A stretch of 19,510 bases of DNA from Ginkgo biloba (lineage: Eukaryota > Plantae > Ginkgophyta), in assembly GCA_024626585.2 (NCBI GenBank), contig JANKJI020000002.1, positions 30,184,918-30,204,427 of the forward strand, read 5' to 3'. The position numbers and the translations under genes were made by a program. The notes under the pieces are model-generated. The model saw only the letters and a list, made by a program, of their open reading frames with translations, did no database searches and was not told the origin of the DNA. Of the stretch, positions 1-9,494 are shown piece after piece. The first letter of the stretch is position 1; each line of letters opens with the position of its first letter.

Positions 1-1780
1 TAAAAAAAAAATTATTTTAAACTTTAATAATTATTTATGAATAGAAGGTGGTGGCTAAAGGATCCATGAGATCAGGCCATATGGAATAATCTTGTGAGAC
101 CTCTACTCTATATTACCTTGGTGGCATTTTTTTCTATGTGTAAGAAAAGCATAGGTGGCACGGCAAGATGACATGTGTTGCAGATCTAGAAGTTCTTTCC
201 TTATAAAGATTGGAAGCCATGTTAAATTCAAAAGGTGATGCAAGGTTTGGGAGAATGAGATTAAGTCACTTGTCATCATCTTGGGGTCCCTTCTTCTTGA
301 GGAGGTCTTGAACTAGTTATGAATGTTATAAAAGGCTAGGAGTTCTAGAAGCCACGTGATGATGCCACACATCATGATCTCGGATACTTAGGAGCCTAGT
401 TTATAATAAAAAAGGGGTGGATAGACCTAAAGGTTCATGAATTTATAGGTTTACACAATGGCAACACATGGAATTTTTTTGTGAGATCTTGGGCTAGCAA
501 ACATAAACTTAGGATTGTTGCGGTCTTGCCACATGTATGGCTTGCAGCTAGTTTTGGGGAGCACTATGAATGGAATGAAAATGTAGACCATTTCTAGAAA
601 TTTTTTATTTCATCTCAGAGGCCATAAACGTTTGCATGCTGAAATACAAGTCCATGCATGCTTGAAATATTAAATGAAAATTCAAGATCATCGATGACTA
701 CCTGCCAAAGGATTAATATGTTTTATTGGGATTCCTATTATGGGAAAAAGGGCTATTAAAGAATGGAAAATCATCCTAAAATAGATCAGAGAGAATTCTA
801 AGATTTATTTGGTGATATTTAGTAACGAAAAAATGAGAATATAAAGGAGAGGACCCAATTCTTGAGAAAGGATTCTTCGACTTCTAGTTTTAGAGAGATC
901 GCTCAGCAGATGGTTCTCCGAGGAAGAGTCATTCTTTTTCTGTGTTCTTTTTCTCTTTTCTCTTCCACTTTTTTAACATTTTAGCACTGTAACAAAGGAG
1001 ACGAGGGGAATTTTTTCTTTTTTCCGAGACCGCTCAATAGAGGGTTCATCAAAGAGAAGTGTTCTTTTCTCCATCTGTCTTTCTTCTTTTTCTTCGTCCT
1101 TTTTATATTTTTAGTACTGTAACAAGGAAGATTTTGTATGTTAGGATAAGAATGTTACAGAAAACATCCATATATCTTCAGAAGCCTGCTCCTTGAGGCG
1201 TCTGTGATATGTTCTTTGTATACATCTGTTCTAGTATTGTTCTTATTGCATGCTAATATGTATGGTACTATTGACTTTTTTTTGAGTTTCACAATACTAA
1301 AGAATGTGCTGTGCTAGTCTCCAGTATATACAGTATTTGATTTCTTATGATTTGTAATAGGTTATGGATATGCTAATGCAATCTTTAGCCAAGATCCATG
1401 GAAATTATCATAACTGTGTATTGTTTATGTTGTCTCTAAAAGTATAATAAATTAACTTGAGCAAATTGCTAAGTTATCCATTGCATGTTTAGGATGTTTG
1501 TCTCTGTTGCTCATATTTAATTCTTGAAGTAGTATATTTTCTTTCATCCAAGAAGTTCATCAAGTATTTCCTGGATCATGTATGAATTTGAGATCAATCT
1601 ATTTTCTGCATTTTTTGGTTTGGATTAATGTTATTTTCCCTTTTCTACTTTACTCCCTTTGTCCCTATTTTGAGTTTTATTTGGAATTTGATAACATCTA
1701 GTTAAGTTCATTGTGAATATCCAGTAGATTAGGAAACTCCACTTGAAGGTAGAAAACTCACATTGTTCACCTGGGTTACA
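1..1780 (+). mobile_element. Probable long LTR fragment (5' end outside the window)
   Basis: Non-coding. TATA-like 'aatataaaggagagg' near 838, then T-rich R/U5-like sequence with an internal duplication. Ends in 'gggTTACA' at 1780, where gypsy-like minus-strand sequence resumes. No PBS follows. Confidence 0.5.
895..1127 (+). repeat. Diverged direct duplication, period 131 bp
   Basis: gagatcgctca...ttttagcactgtaacaaagg (895-998) versus gagaccgctca...ttttagtactgtaacaagg (1026-1127). Confidence 0.8.
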
Positions 1781-1988
1781 TGACCTGAGTCTTCCATACC
1801 TTGAGTTCTTTTTCCAGCAGGAACTCTAAAATGTGTAGGGGTTTGCATTCAGACATGCTTAGCATTTTCATTGCTTTCCCCCGAATATTAAAGTTGTGAG
1901 GTGTGTAACAAAACCCCATCAACACAATTCATAGTTGGTATTTACCCATGGAGATCAATGGTTGGGATTTCATCAGAGCTAGACGCTA

Positions 1989-2492
1989 TGTAAAAGTGCA
2001 AAAGGACTTGCTTGTTCAATTGGGAGAAAATTCAAAATGCAAGAAGGTTCAATGTGAATGCAAAAAGACCCAACATAGCATGAGAGCACCTTGAAGCCTC
2101 TAATGCTCCAACTCAACTTCCATGTAACGACATTGCCATGTGGCACGTGTCCACATTAGCTAGCTACAAGCCAAGAAGTTGATGTTGAACAATTTTATCA
2201 CCGCGCTTGCTTAGGACATGTACGCAACTAGCTAGAAAAATAGTTGTAGTTTAGAGCATTATGAAAGCTCCTTTGGATATGGGACTAGAGTTCATTAAGG
2301 AGTTTCCTTCGAGTAGTCAAAGGAGATAAACTGAATAAAAGCTAAATGAAGAAGGTTCTCTTATTTTTGGCTTCTCCTTTAAGCTTCTTGTGAAATGTTG
2401 TAAGATGAACCTCTTGTTGATGCAACGACTTTGTGCACTCTAATAAGCAAATCTCCTCACGAAATATAAAGCTTTATAATTTTGTGAACACA
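1989..2492 (+). mobile_element. Solo-LTR-like insertion (about 504 bp) interrupting the gypsy gag
   Basis: Termini TGTAAAAG...GAACACA, with CACGTG and AATAA-type motifs inside. Sits between two minus-strand gag-pol-like segments. No target-site duplication seen. Confidence 0.45.
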
Positions 2493-3483
2493 GATCCCAC
2501 CTTAAAGCATTATGTAAAGGCTCTATTTTCACAAGAAGCTTTCTATTTTCTCGTAATAAAACCTGTTTTTTCTTATGATTGTGGCTTATGACTGTGATTC
2601 TTTTTATTGTTGTAATTTGCTTCTACTATGTGCAATATAAGCTCCGAATCACCAAGCCACCTGTAATACTTTCTACAATCAAAGCTTGTCTGATACCCTT
2701 CTCAATAGTGGTTTGTTCTGTTAAGGCAATTTGTTTGATTAATGGATGAATTAACTCCTTAATAAAATGATACCCTTTTATAAGAGCATGGGCAAACAAA
2801 GTTTCTAAATTCTGACTATAACATGCACAAAAGTATTTGCCTTAGAACATCAAATTGCCTTAAAACTTCAGTTTCATCATCTGATAGAGCAAATGTTTTT
2901 CTCATGATTCTCACCTTTTGATCCCATGTACTCCTAGGGTCATTGAATTCTTGTCAAATTCATCATTTAATTATTTCTCACCATATGCTAGTTTAGGTGA
3001 GTGTTGAGTGATATGCAAATTATTTTTGCACCTGACCTCAAAGTCATCAAACTACCTTTTTGTGTTACCCAAGAAGGTTTAGAATTCCTCTCCTATTTGT
3101 TCTCATCAATTTGTTGTAGTTTGACATTATGGAGTTGCTTGTTGCTTTGCAACCTCTTCTATTCTTCATCTTCTTTCTTGTTTCTTCTTGGAATTGAATA
3201 GTTGCCTCTAGGACATGATTCTGCCATGAAATCTTTTTCTTGCTTCCTCTCTTGTTGTGCTTTATGATTTTATCAAGTTTCTTGCACAAGTTTCTTCAAC
3301 ATTTTCCAAAATAATTCCTTAGGATTGTTTGTTTCTTTTTGGGTTCCTTTTCTTCTTCTTTGATAAAGCTTTAAGGTTAACTTTCGTCCCTTCGTAAGTC
3401 TACTTGATTCGGCCTCAAATCTAGCCAATCTTTGACTTTATTTTCAACCAACTTTTCTGCCCGTTGTTTGTTCTTAGAGGGCA

Positions 3484-3857
3484 CCATTGAGCGGGCGTAT
3501 GACTGGAGCTTGTCTCTGATACCACTTTTACAAGCTCCTCTTCATGTACACTGGTGGAGCCTATTGTCCCATAATAGGTACAAAGAAATCTAGTGCAAAG
3601 CAAGCCTGTTCTAAGGTGGTAGACTTGCCATTGGTTATGATGATCTAAACAAGAAGGATGATCTTTGGTTATATCTCAAGGCCATTGAGCAGGCATATGA
3701 CTAGAACTCATCTTTGATATCACTTTTACGAGCTTCGCTTCATGCACACCTGTGGAACTTATTTCCTGTAACTTGTACAAAGAAATTCAGTGCAAAGCAA
3801 GCCTATTCTAAGGTGGTAGACTTGTCAAGAAGGATGATCTTTGATTGTTTTGCAAGG
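3484..3857. repeat. Tandem duplication, two copies, period 198 bp
   Basis: 3484-3681 versus 3682-3857. Shared blocks include ccattgagc.ggc.tatgact.ga and agtgcaaagcaagcct.ttctaaggtggtagacttg. Copy 1 has about 21 extra bp near 3628-3649. Confidence 0.93.
3514..3524 (-). promoter_or_regulatory. Primer-binding site, tRNA-iMet type
   Basis: Minus strand reads TGGTATCAGAG, the canonical plant Met PBS. A degenerate second copy, TGATATCAAAG, lies at 3722-3712. Confidence 0.85.
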
Positions 3858-4190
3858 CCTAACCTCTTTTGGGCTTATGCATTAGATGGCCCCCCAATAT
3901 ATTGCAATCAGGATACATTGAATCGGTGGACACCACCCCACACTGTCCATTTGGTACCTCAACACACCTCCACGTAAGAGAGTTAAGGTGCTCATCTGAC
4001 CTTTGTGATTGAAGCTAACCATACTCAACTCAGAGCAAGGGGCCACTCTCTTGGCATGGGACTCAAATGTCTTTCACCTTGCCTACCTAGTGACAACAGC
4101 TCAAAAAGCATCTTTCAATAGTTTTACCCAATGTCACATATTGGCCCACTCCACTTGGAGAATTTTGGCCGTACATACACAAATACTACA

Positions 4191-5750
4191 TCTAGAAAAT
4201 AATTTCTACTAGATGCTAAAAAAGTGTATTGAAAAAAATTAAAAAGTGAAATTTATCATAGTCCATATTATTCAATTCTTATTGATGAGAACATAGATCG
4301 AATAATAGAACAACATCTGATCATTTATATTACCTACTTGAGAAATTAAGGAACAGGTGATTGCATCACAAAGGTCATACGCTTACTTAAAATGAAGGAT
4401 GAAACAACTCAATCAATGTATGATGTAGTGATAACTCTATTAGTAAAAATGGATTTATCATTAAATAAATTAATTGACTTCATGTCTAATGGAGTATCAT
4501 CTACGAGAGGCATTCATGAAGGTTTAGCTACTAAACTTCATTATGATGTCTCTTATTTATTGGATGTTTATTATATAGCTCATTAAGAAGAATTAGTAGT
4601 ACATGATGCTTCAAGTTCTTTTTTAGAAATATAATTTGTTGATAAATTAGCAAATAAAGTTTATTCATAGTTAAGAAAATCTTATAAAATACATTGGGAG
4701 TTGAAAAAGTTAACGGAAGCATTTCAAATCACTAAGTTGGAGATGTTGTAAATTTATCAAATTATGTGGTTGTTAAAATGTAAAGTTATGGAACGACTAG
4801 TAAAAATTATGCTTGTATTCTTAAAAGAATGGGAATTAGAGGATAAAAAGTTGTATGAAATGGCAACTATATTCCAAGTTCAATTCTATATCAACTTACT
4901 TGTTGATGTACTTATCAAGTTGAAGAAATTGAATCAAACTTTTCAAGATGATCATATGGATATCATTTTAGTCTACCACATTTTAGACTTTGTTATTGAA
5001 ATGCTTAGCAAGAGATTTCTAAAATGCACATTTGAAATAGGGATTGTATACATATCTTCTTTTTTAAGGAGAGCAAAACACAGGTTTCTTGAGTTTATTG
5101 ATAAAACAGGCATGGTATATGTTCATATATTAAAATTTGAGGCTCTAACTAAGTCTCAAAAGTCAAGTTTATTAGATGACTACATTGTCTTGGGTAAAGA
5201 ATTTATTATAAATATAATTAATTTTTTAGATGCAAGATTCACAGATTTACCTCTATTTAATGCAACTAAATTTTTAGCCCTCAAAATTATTTTAAAAATG
5301 TCAATAAAAGTGAATCTTAAACAAGTAGATGGTTAACATGCTTATGTGAGAAGTTTGATGTTGGAGACTCTATAATGGTGGATGCAAGCAAATGCGTAGG
5401 TGAAATGGATGGTTTTGTCATTTCTCTTTATGAAGCATATCCTAAAAAGAATACGTTTGGAGTATGGGAACAATGTAAAGATGATCTCGAATATATTGAT
5501 GGTTACTCATAATTGATANNNNNNNNNNNNNNNNNNNNNNNNNNNNNNNNNNNNTTATTCCAGCAAGTACAACAATTTGTGAACGAGGGTTTTTAACGCT
5601 AAACAGGATAAAAAATGATAACAGATCAAGGCTTTCTTTAGACACTTTAAACATGCTTATGTTTCTCTCTTTGAACACACCTAATACATTCATGAGGTAG
5701 ATTGGGAAGCAGTTTTAAAATTTTGAATACAAATGAAAGTTCAAAAGGTG
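4191..5750 (+). pseudogene. hAT-superfamily (ZNF862-like) transposase pseudogene, 5'-truncated
   Basis: One frame from 4203 to about 5272 with internal stops: SPYYSILIDENIDRIIEQHLIIY (DE-S-T-D motif), FMSNGVSSTRG (TDGAxxMxG), YYIAH* (HCxAHR), QIMWL (RWL), RFTDLPLFNATKF. After a frameshift comes the hATC dimerisation motif IPASTTICERGFLTLNRIKNDNRSRLSLDTLNMLMFLSLN from 5557. No TIRs visible. Confidence 0.92.
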
Positions 5751-6189
5751 GAGGGTCTTTTCGAGATGTTTGCCCCACATNNNNNNNNNNNNNNNNNNNN
5801 NNNNNNNNNNNNNNNNNNNNNNNNNNNNNNNNNNNNNNNNNNNNNNNNNNNNNNNNNNNNNNNNNNNNNNNNNNNNNNNNNNNNNNNNNNNNNNNNNNNN
5901 NNNNNNNNNNNNNNNNNNNNNNNNNNNNNNNNNNNNNNNNNNNNNNNNNNNNNNNNNNNNNNNNNNNNNNNNNNNNNNNNNNNNNNNNNNNNNNNNNNNN
6001 NNNNNNNNNNNNNNNNNNNNNNNNNNNNNNNNNNNNNNNNNNNNNNNNNNNNNNNNNNNNNNNNNNNNNNNNNNNNNNNNNNNNNNNNNNNNNNNNNNNN
6101 NNNNNNNNNNNNNNNNNNNNNNNNNNNNNNNNNNNNNNNNNNNNNNNNNNNNNNNNNNNNNNNNNNNNNNNNNNNNNNNNNNNNNNATT

Positions 6190-6768
6190 TAACTAAAAAC
6201 CCCTTTTCTCCTTTATAAGATGACTTTCATAGTTGAGCTTTAGTGATCTCCAACGGCTTGAGTTCAACATCCCAATCAGTTCCAACTATTGTGTTAGGTG
6301 AGGGTTTAATGCTCACAATGACCATTTTCCATTAATGCCTTACAATAGCCTTTTAGGGCCTTTCCAACTGACTTGACAACCCATAACTGCACTACCGAAG
6401 GTCTTAAGTTCTGAAACAGGCAATGCTGTAATGACTAATGTCTTGCATTCTTCATGATTTTCTTCTTGGAAAGTGCACTGTATTAATCTGGGCTGTAAAA
6501 CTACCATTCCTAAGATACATTTTTGAAGTTGGAAGCTAAGGATTACCATAATTTTTATTCCTGACATTTTAGAAAGCTCTTGTGCTGTTGGTGCATCTGA
6601 AAAATCAGTACATAATGAAAGCCCAAATTCATGTGTTTGCCATTTAGTATACTGACTAGCTTTCCATGCCACTTCAACCATTCCTTCTAAGGCCCAGATG
6701 ACATGAATGAAGTTACTAAGGTTGATGGTGCATAACCCTCTATTGCCATTTAATGGTAACCTAATCAT
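6190..6768 (-). mobile_element. Possible LINE ORF2 C-terminal / degenerate RNase H-like fragment
   Basis: 142-aa ORF 6768-6340. IHVIWAL...AWK...KW and KRLL*GINGKWSL loosely resemble post-zf-RVT and RNase H-like (LVxxxNGxW) segments of plant L1 elements. Catalytic motifs are absent. Confidence 0.3.
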
Positions 6769-6953
6769 TGGCTGCCATTGTCATTCATTATCATATACTC
6801 ATGCAAAGATTTTGTTGACTGAAAGCACTGTGACGATAAGTATGACAAAGGGTCACATCTGATCAATAGTATGGAAGGAAGCAATTTATTAACTGTGGGA
6901 AAGATCTATGCTTTGTTATTGATGGATGCACATCTGCCCTTCTCCTTTTGCAG

Positions 6954-6991
6954 AAAGCNNNNNNNNNNNNNNNNNAGAAGAAGCTCTTCAG
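6954..6991 (+). CDS. DHRS7: DHRS7-like SDR, internal exon A (partly N)
   Basis: Acceptor tctccttttgcag (AG 6952-6953) and donor cag|gttcat (GT 6992). Reads KA...EEALQ, fitting the short segment just before 'TFDVN' in plant At3g03330-like proteins. Length is 38 nt with 17 N; an in-frame exon needs 39 nt, so the gap is probably mis-sized by one base. Confidence 0.75.
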
Positions 6992-7100
6992 GTTCATTGA
7001 AAAACTTTTCTAGGTTGAAATTTCATTAGTTCAAACTTGTCTCAATTTATTTACAAAGTGGAAGTGTTGGTGTAATAACTTTGCTCATTTCCTTTTGCAG

Positions 7101-7193
7101 GCTACTTTCGATGTGAATGTATTGGGAACTATAACACTTACAAAGTACCTTGCTCCATTCATGCTAAAGAGGGTCAAAGGCCATTTTGTTGTG
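7101..7193 (+). CDS. DHRS7: DHRS7-like SDR, exon B
   Basis: Acceptor ccttttgcag| and donor |gtattt. 93 nt, phase 0/0, ATFDVNVLGTITLTKYLAPFMLKRVKGHFVV. Contains the SDR helix-4 Asn motif (VNxxG) and the 'GHFVV' strand. Confidence 0.93.
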
Positions 7194-7376
7194 GTATTTT
7201 TCATAACTTTGCTCTTCCAAAACTTTGGAGTTAAGTTGTAGTTAGATTGCCAACATGCTAAGTGTGACATAATTTCATTGATATAGTGTTGTTTCTAAGA
7301 TTCTTTTTTAGAAAGGATGTTTTCTTTACTACATGCTATGATTTTTGAAAATTGATCTGGGAACAACATTCTGCAG

Positions 7377-7436
7377 ATGAGTAGTGCTGCTGGGAAGACA
7401 CCCGCACCTGGCCAGGCTGTGTATGCAGCTTCCAAA
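7377..7436 (+). CDS. DHRS7: DHRS7-like SDR, exon C with active site (3' end lost in the gap 7437-7536)
   Basis: Acceptor ctgcag| followed by MSSAAGKTPAPGQAVYAASK, with the catalytic Ser and the YxxxK motif (YAASK). In frame with exon B. The roughly 13 remaining codons and the donor are expected inside the 100-N gap. Confidence 0.93.
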
Positions 7437-7536
7437 NNNNNNNNNNNNNNNNNNNNNNNNNNNNNNNNNNNNNNNNNNNNNNNNNNNNNNNNNNNNNNNN
7501 NNNNNNNNNNNNNNNNNNNNNNNNNNNNNNNNNNNN

Positions 7537-8509
7537 AATGACTTGATGAAGGTTTACCAACTGACTAAGGAAGAATTTTTGGAATGGAAGGAGCAGGAAG
7601 CTAGATGAGGAGAAGCTGCTCAAGCTCAGTTGCAGAGAATAGATTGGGCAATAGAGGTTTCCAGAGAGTTCGAGGAGAAGGGAAAGTAGGGACCGGAAAA
7701 GAAAATCCCCCATTGAAGCACATGTCTAGGGCGGTGATGATTCTGATTCACAAAGGCACTTGTGAAACTTGTCAGGGGGTTAAATGATGGGGTTTAATTT
7801 TGCCCCATCATTGGCCATGTTTTTCGGGCTCTTGTGGGGTTTCATCTAATTTTTGCATTAATGGGCGACTGATAGAAGATAGAGAGGTCTCCAAGTTTTT
7901 TTTCTTATTTTGGATGAATTTATGAAGCACATCAGATGCAAGTAAGGCAGTGGCAGCTGTTGGCGAAAGTTACTTGCACACCAGGTTCAAGTAAGGTGGC
8001 AGAGGCCGTGTGAAGTGGTTGCTTGCACTTCGATTGCAAGTAGCGAAGGATGGAGGCAGTGGGCATTGCGCGACTCAATAATGTGATTGCAGTTTACAAC
8101 AGAAGTTGGACACGAAGACTGAGGTGACTGAAGTACAAATCTATTGATGCAACGATCACTTGCAAGTGTCGTTTTTTATGTATAAGATAATTAATTTAAC
8201 CTACTTGCAATTTAATTGTAAGTACCTTTTTATTGTAAAGTGCGATTAATGTAAAAGGGGCAGTTATTTGCAGTATTATTGCAGGTAGCTTTCCGTCAGT
8301 TAACGGAAGCTGCTTGCGGCCAAAGTGCAAGTAAACGTTACAGATTGTGAATTTCTTCATATGTTAATTAATCATTTGGATTAGTTGTAGGGACNNNNNN
8401 NNNNAACGACCTATTTAATGTATAAAAGACTTGTTCACGACTAATACATATTGGACAATTTCTCTTCCTCACCAGAGGCTTGTGACTGGATTTCTGTGTG
8501 CTTTGAATT
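7537..8509 (+). mobile_element. Tat/Athila-like LTR (7785-8374) with flanking internal sequence
   Basis: Charged ORF remnant (NDLMKVYQLTKEEFLEWKEQEAR*), short PPT-like agggggttaaa, then a 590-bp LTR with inverted termini TGAT...ATCA and many ttgcaagt/acttgcaa motifs. It is followed by PBS-like ttTGGattaGTTGtaGGGAc. Confidence 0.6.
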
Positions 8510-9106
8510 GTGAAGGAGTTGGGTGGATGGTACCCCACACTAGTAGCTATAGGGTTCGTAGCTATTGGTGTAGCTATGAATGGAGTGGCTATTGGTGTAG
8601 CCATGGCCTGTGGATACAAATGTTATGGAAATTAGAACTAGTAAGGTTTCTAGTTGGGGTCTATTGGTGTAACCCCTAGGGTTTATTCTAGAAATCATGT
8701 TGTTAGTAATGGCATGGATACATAGACGGATGTCCACACTACCCTAATGCCAAAAAGGGGTTGCAGATAGACCTACACTTGGCATTCTCATCTAGTGTGA
8801 GGTGACGGGGGAGGAGTCTAGTGCATTATTAATAGCTGCTAGGCACTGATGATTGCATTTAGGCATTGGAGGTTTGGTTGCCCGTATAGAGGAGCCCCTT
8901 AGACAGTCCCCATGGCCAATAGTAGTTGCTTATGGTTTCTACCATAGTACTAACAACCCCCTTACCTTTAACCTGCGCATTAATGCATTCTAACTGTAAT
9001 AATTATAAAATAGTGTGAATGAACATTGTCTATCTTTTGAATGCTTGATTGAGTTATATTACTTTGTAAGCTTTATTTTACAAATCAAATTGTCTTGTTT
9101 TGTAGG
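8510..9106 (+). mobile_element. LTR-like fragment, related to 16648-17379
   Basis: Starts TGTGAAGG. Shares ordered motifs with the 16.8-17.1 kb segment: ggctattg.tgtag.cat, tagggtttatt, atgccaaa.ag.ggttg...gaccta, gtccccatggccaa. Confidence 0.5.
8541..8606. repeat. Short degenerate tandem repeat, 12-15 bp unit (tagctattggtg)
   Basis: About five units; the minus-strand translation gives a repeated (I)ATP/ATN pattern. Confidence 0.7.
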
Positions 9107-9494
9107 NNNNNNNNNNNNNNNNNNNNNNNNNNNNNNGGGGAAGCATTAAGATGGAAAAAATTCTCTTAGGGATAGGTGTAGGGATTAGTATTTGTTTGTT
9201 GCTTTTAAAATTGCTTTCTAAATAAGATGTCTTTTGGGTTAGGTGCTTTTTAGTGGCCCCTTTTTGTTGTTGGTGGTCCCAAGGGTAAATTGGTGGGATC
9301 CTTAATGAATAATGATTAGATTGAATTCAATAAATTTGCTATGGTGGACCCAATGACAAAAACTTGAAGGGGAAGCATACCAAAGTTATTGCTANNNNNN
9401 NNNNNNNNNNNNNNNNNNNNNNNNNNNNNNNNNNNNNNNNNNNNNNNNNNNNNNNNNNNNNNNNNNNNNNNNNNNNNNNNNNNNNNNNNNNNNN

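Larger units (their letters stand above)
1781..4190 (-). mobile_element. Decayed Ty3/gypsy retrotransposon, 5' part (LTR-PBS-gag)
   Basis: On the minus strand: LTR start TGTAGTA at 4190, Met PBS at 3524-3514, ATG at 3487 (MVPSKNKQRAEKL...), gag-like TWDQKVRIMRKTFALSDDETEVLRQFDVLRQ (2929-2837) and FIKELIHPLIKQIALTEQTTIEKGIRQALIVE, zinc-knuckle remnant CFKVG near 2500, and a possible protease DSG near 1785. Many stops and frameshifts. Confidence 0.72.

Noticed and set aside
1978-2494. Helitron reading of the insert (minus strand A|TC...CTAG)
   Set aside because: The base after CTAG is C rather than T, and there is no convincing subterminal hairpin.
3484-3857. CRISPR-like or prokaryotic repeat systems
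   Set aside because: The context is eukaryotic and spliced. The repeats are two-copy tandem duplications with no unique spacers and no cas genes.
5702-6218. Long ORFs in the track at 5702-6218, 16469-16673 and 17621-18424
   Set aside because: They are open mainly because they run through N gaps.
9085-9140. Acceptor-like ttgtcttgttttgtag next to a gap as an extra SDR exon
   Set aside because: No SDR sequence is expected between the end of exon C and exon D, and the site lies in LTR-like DNA.
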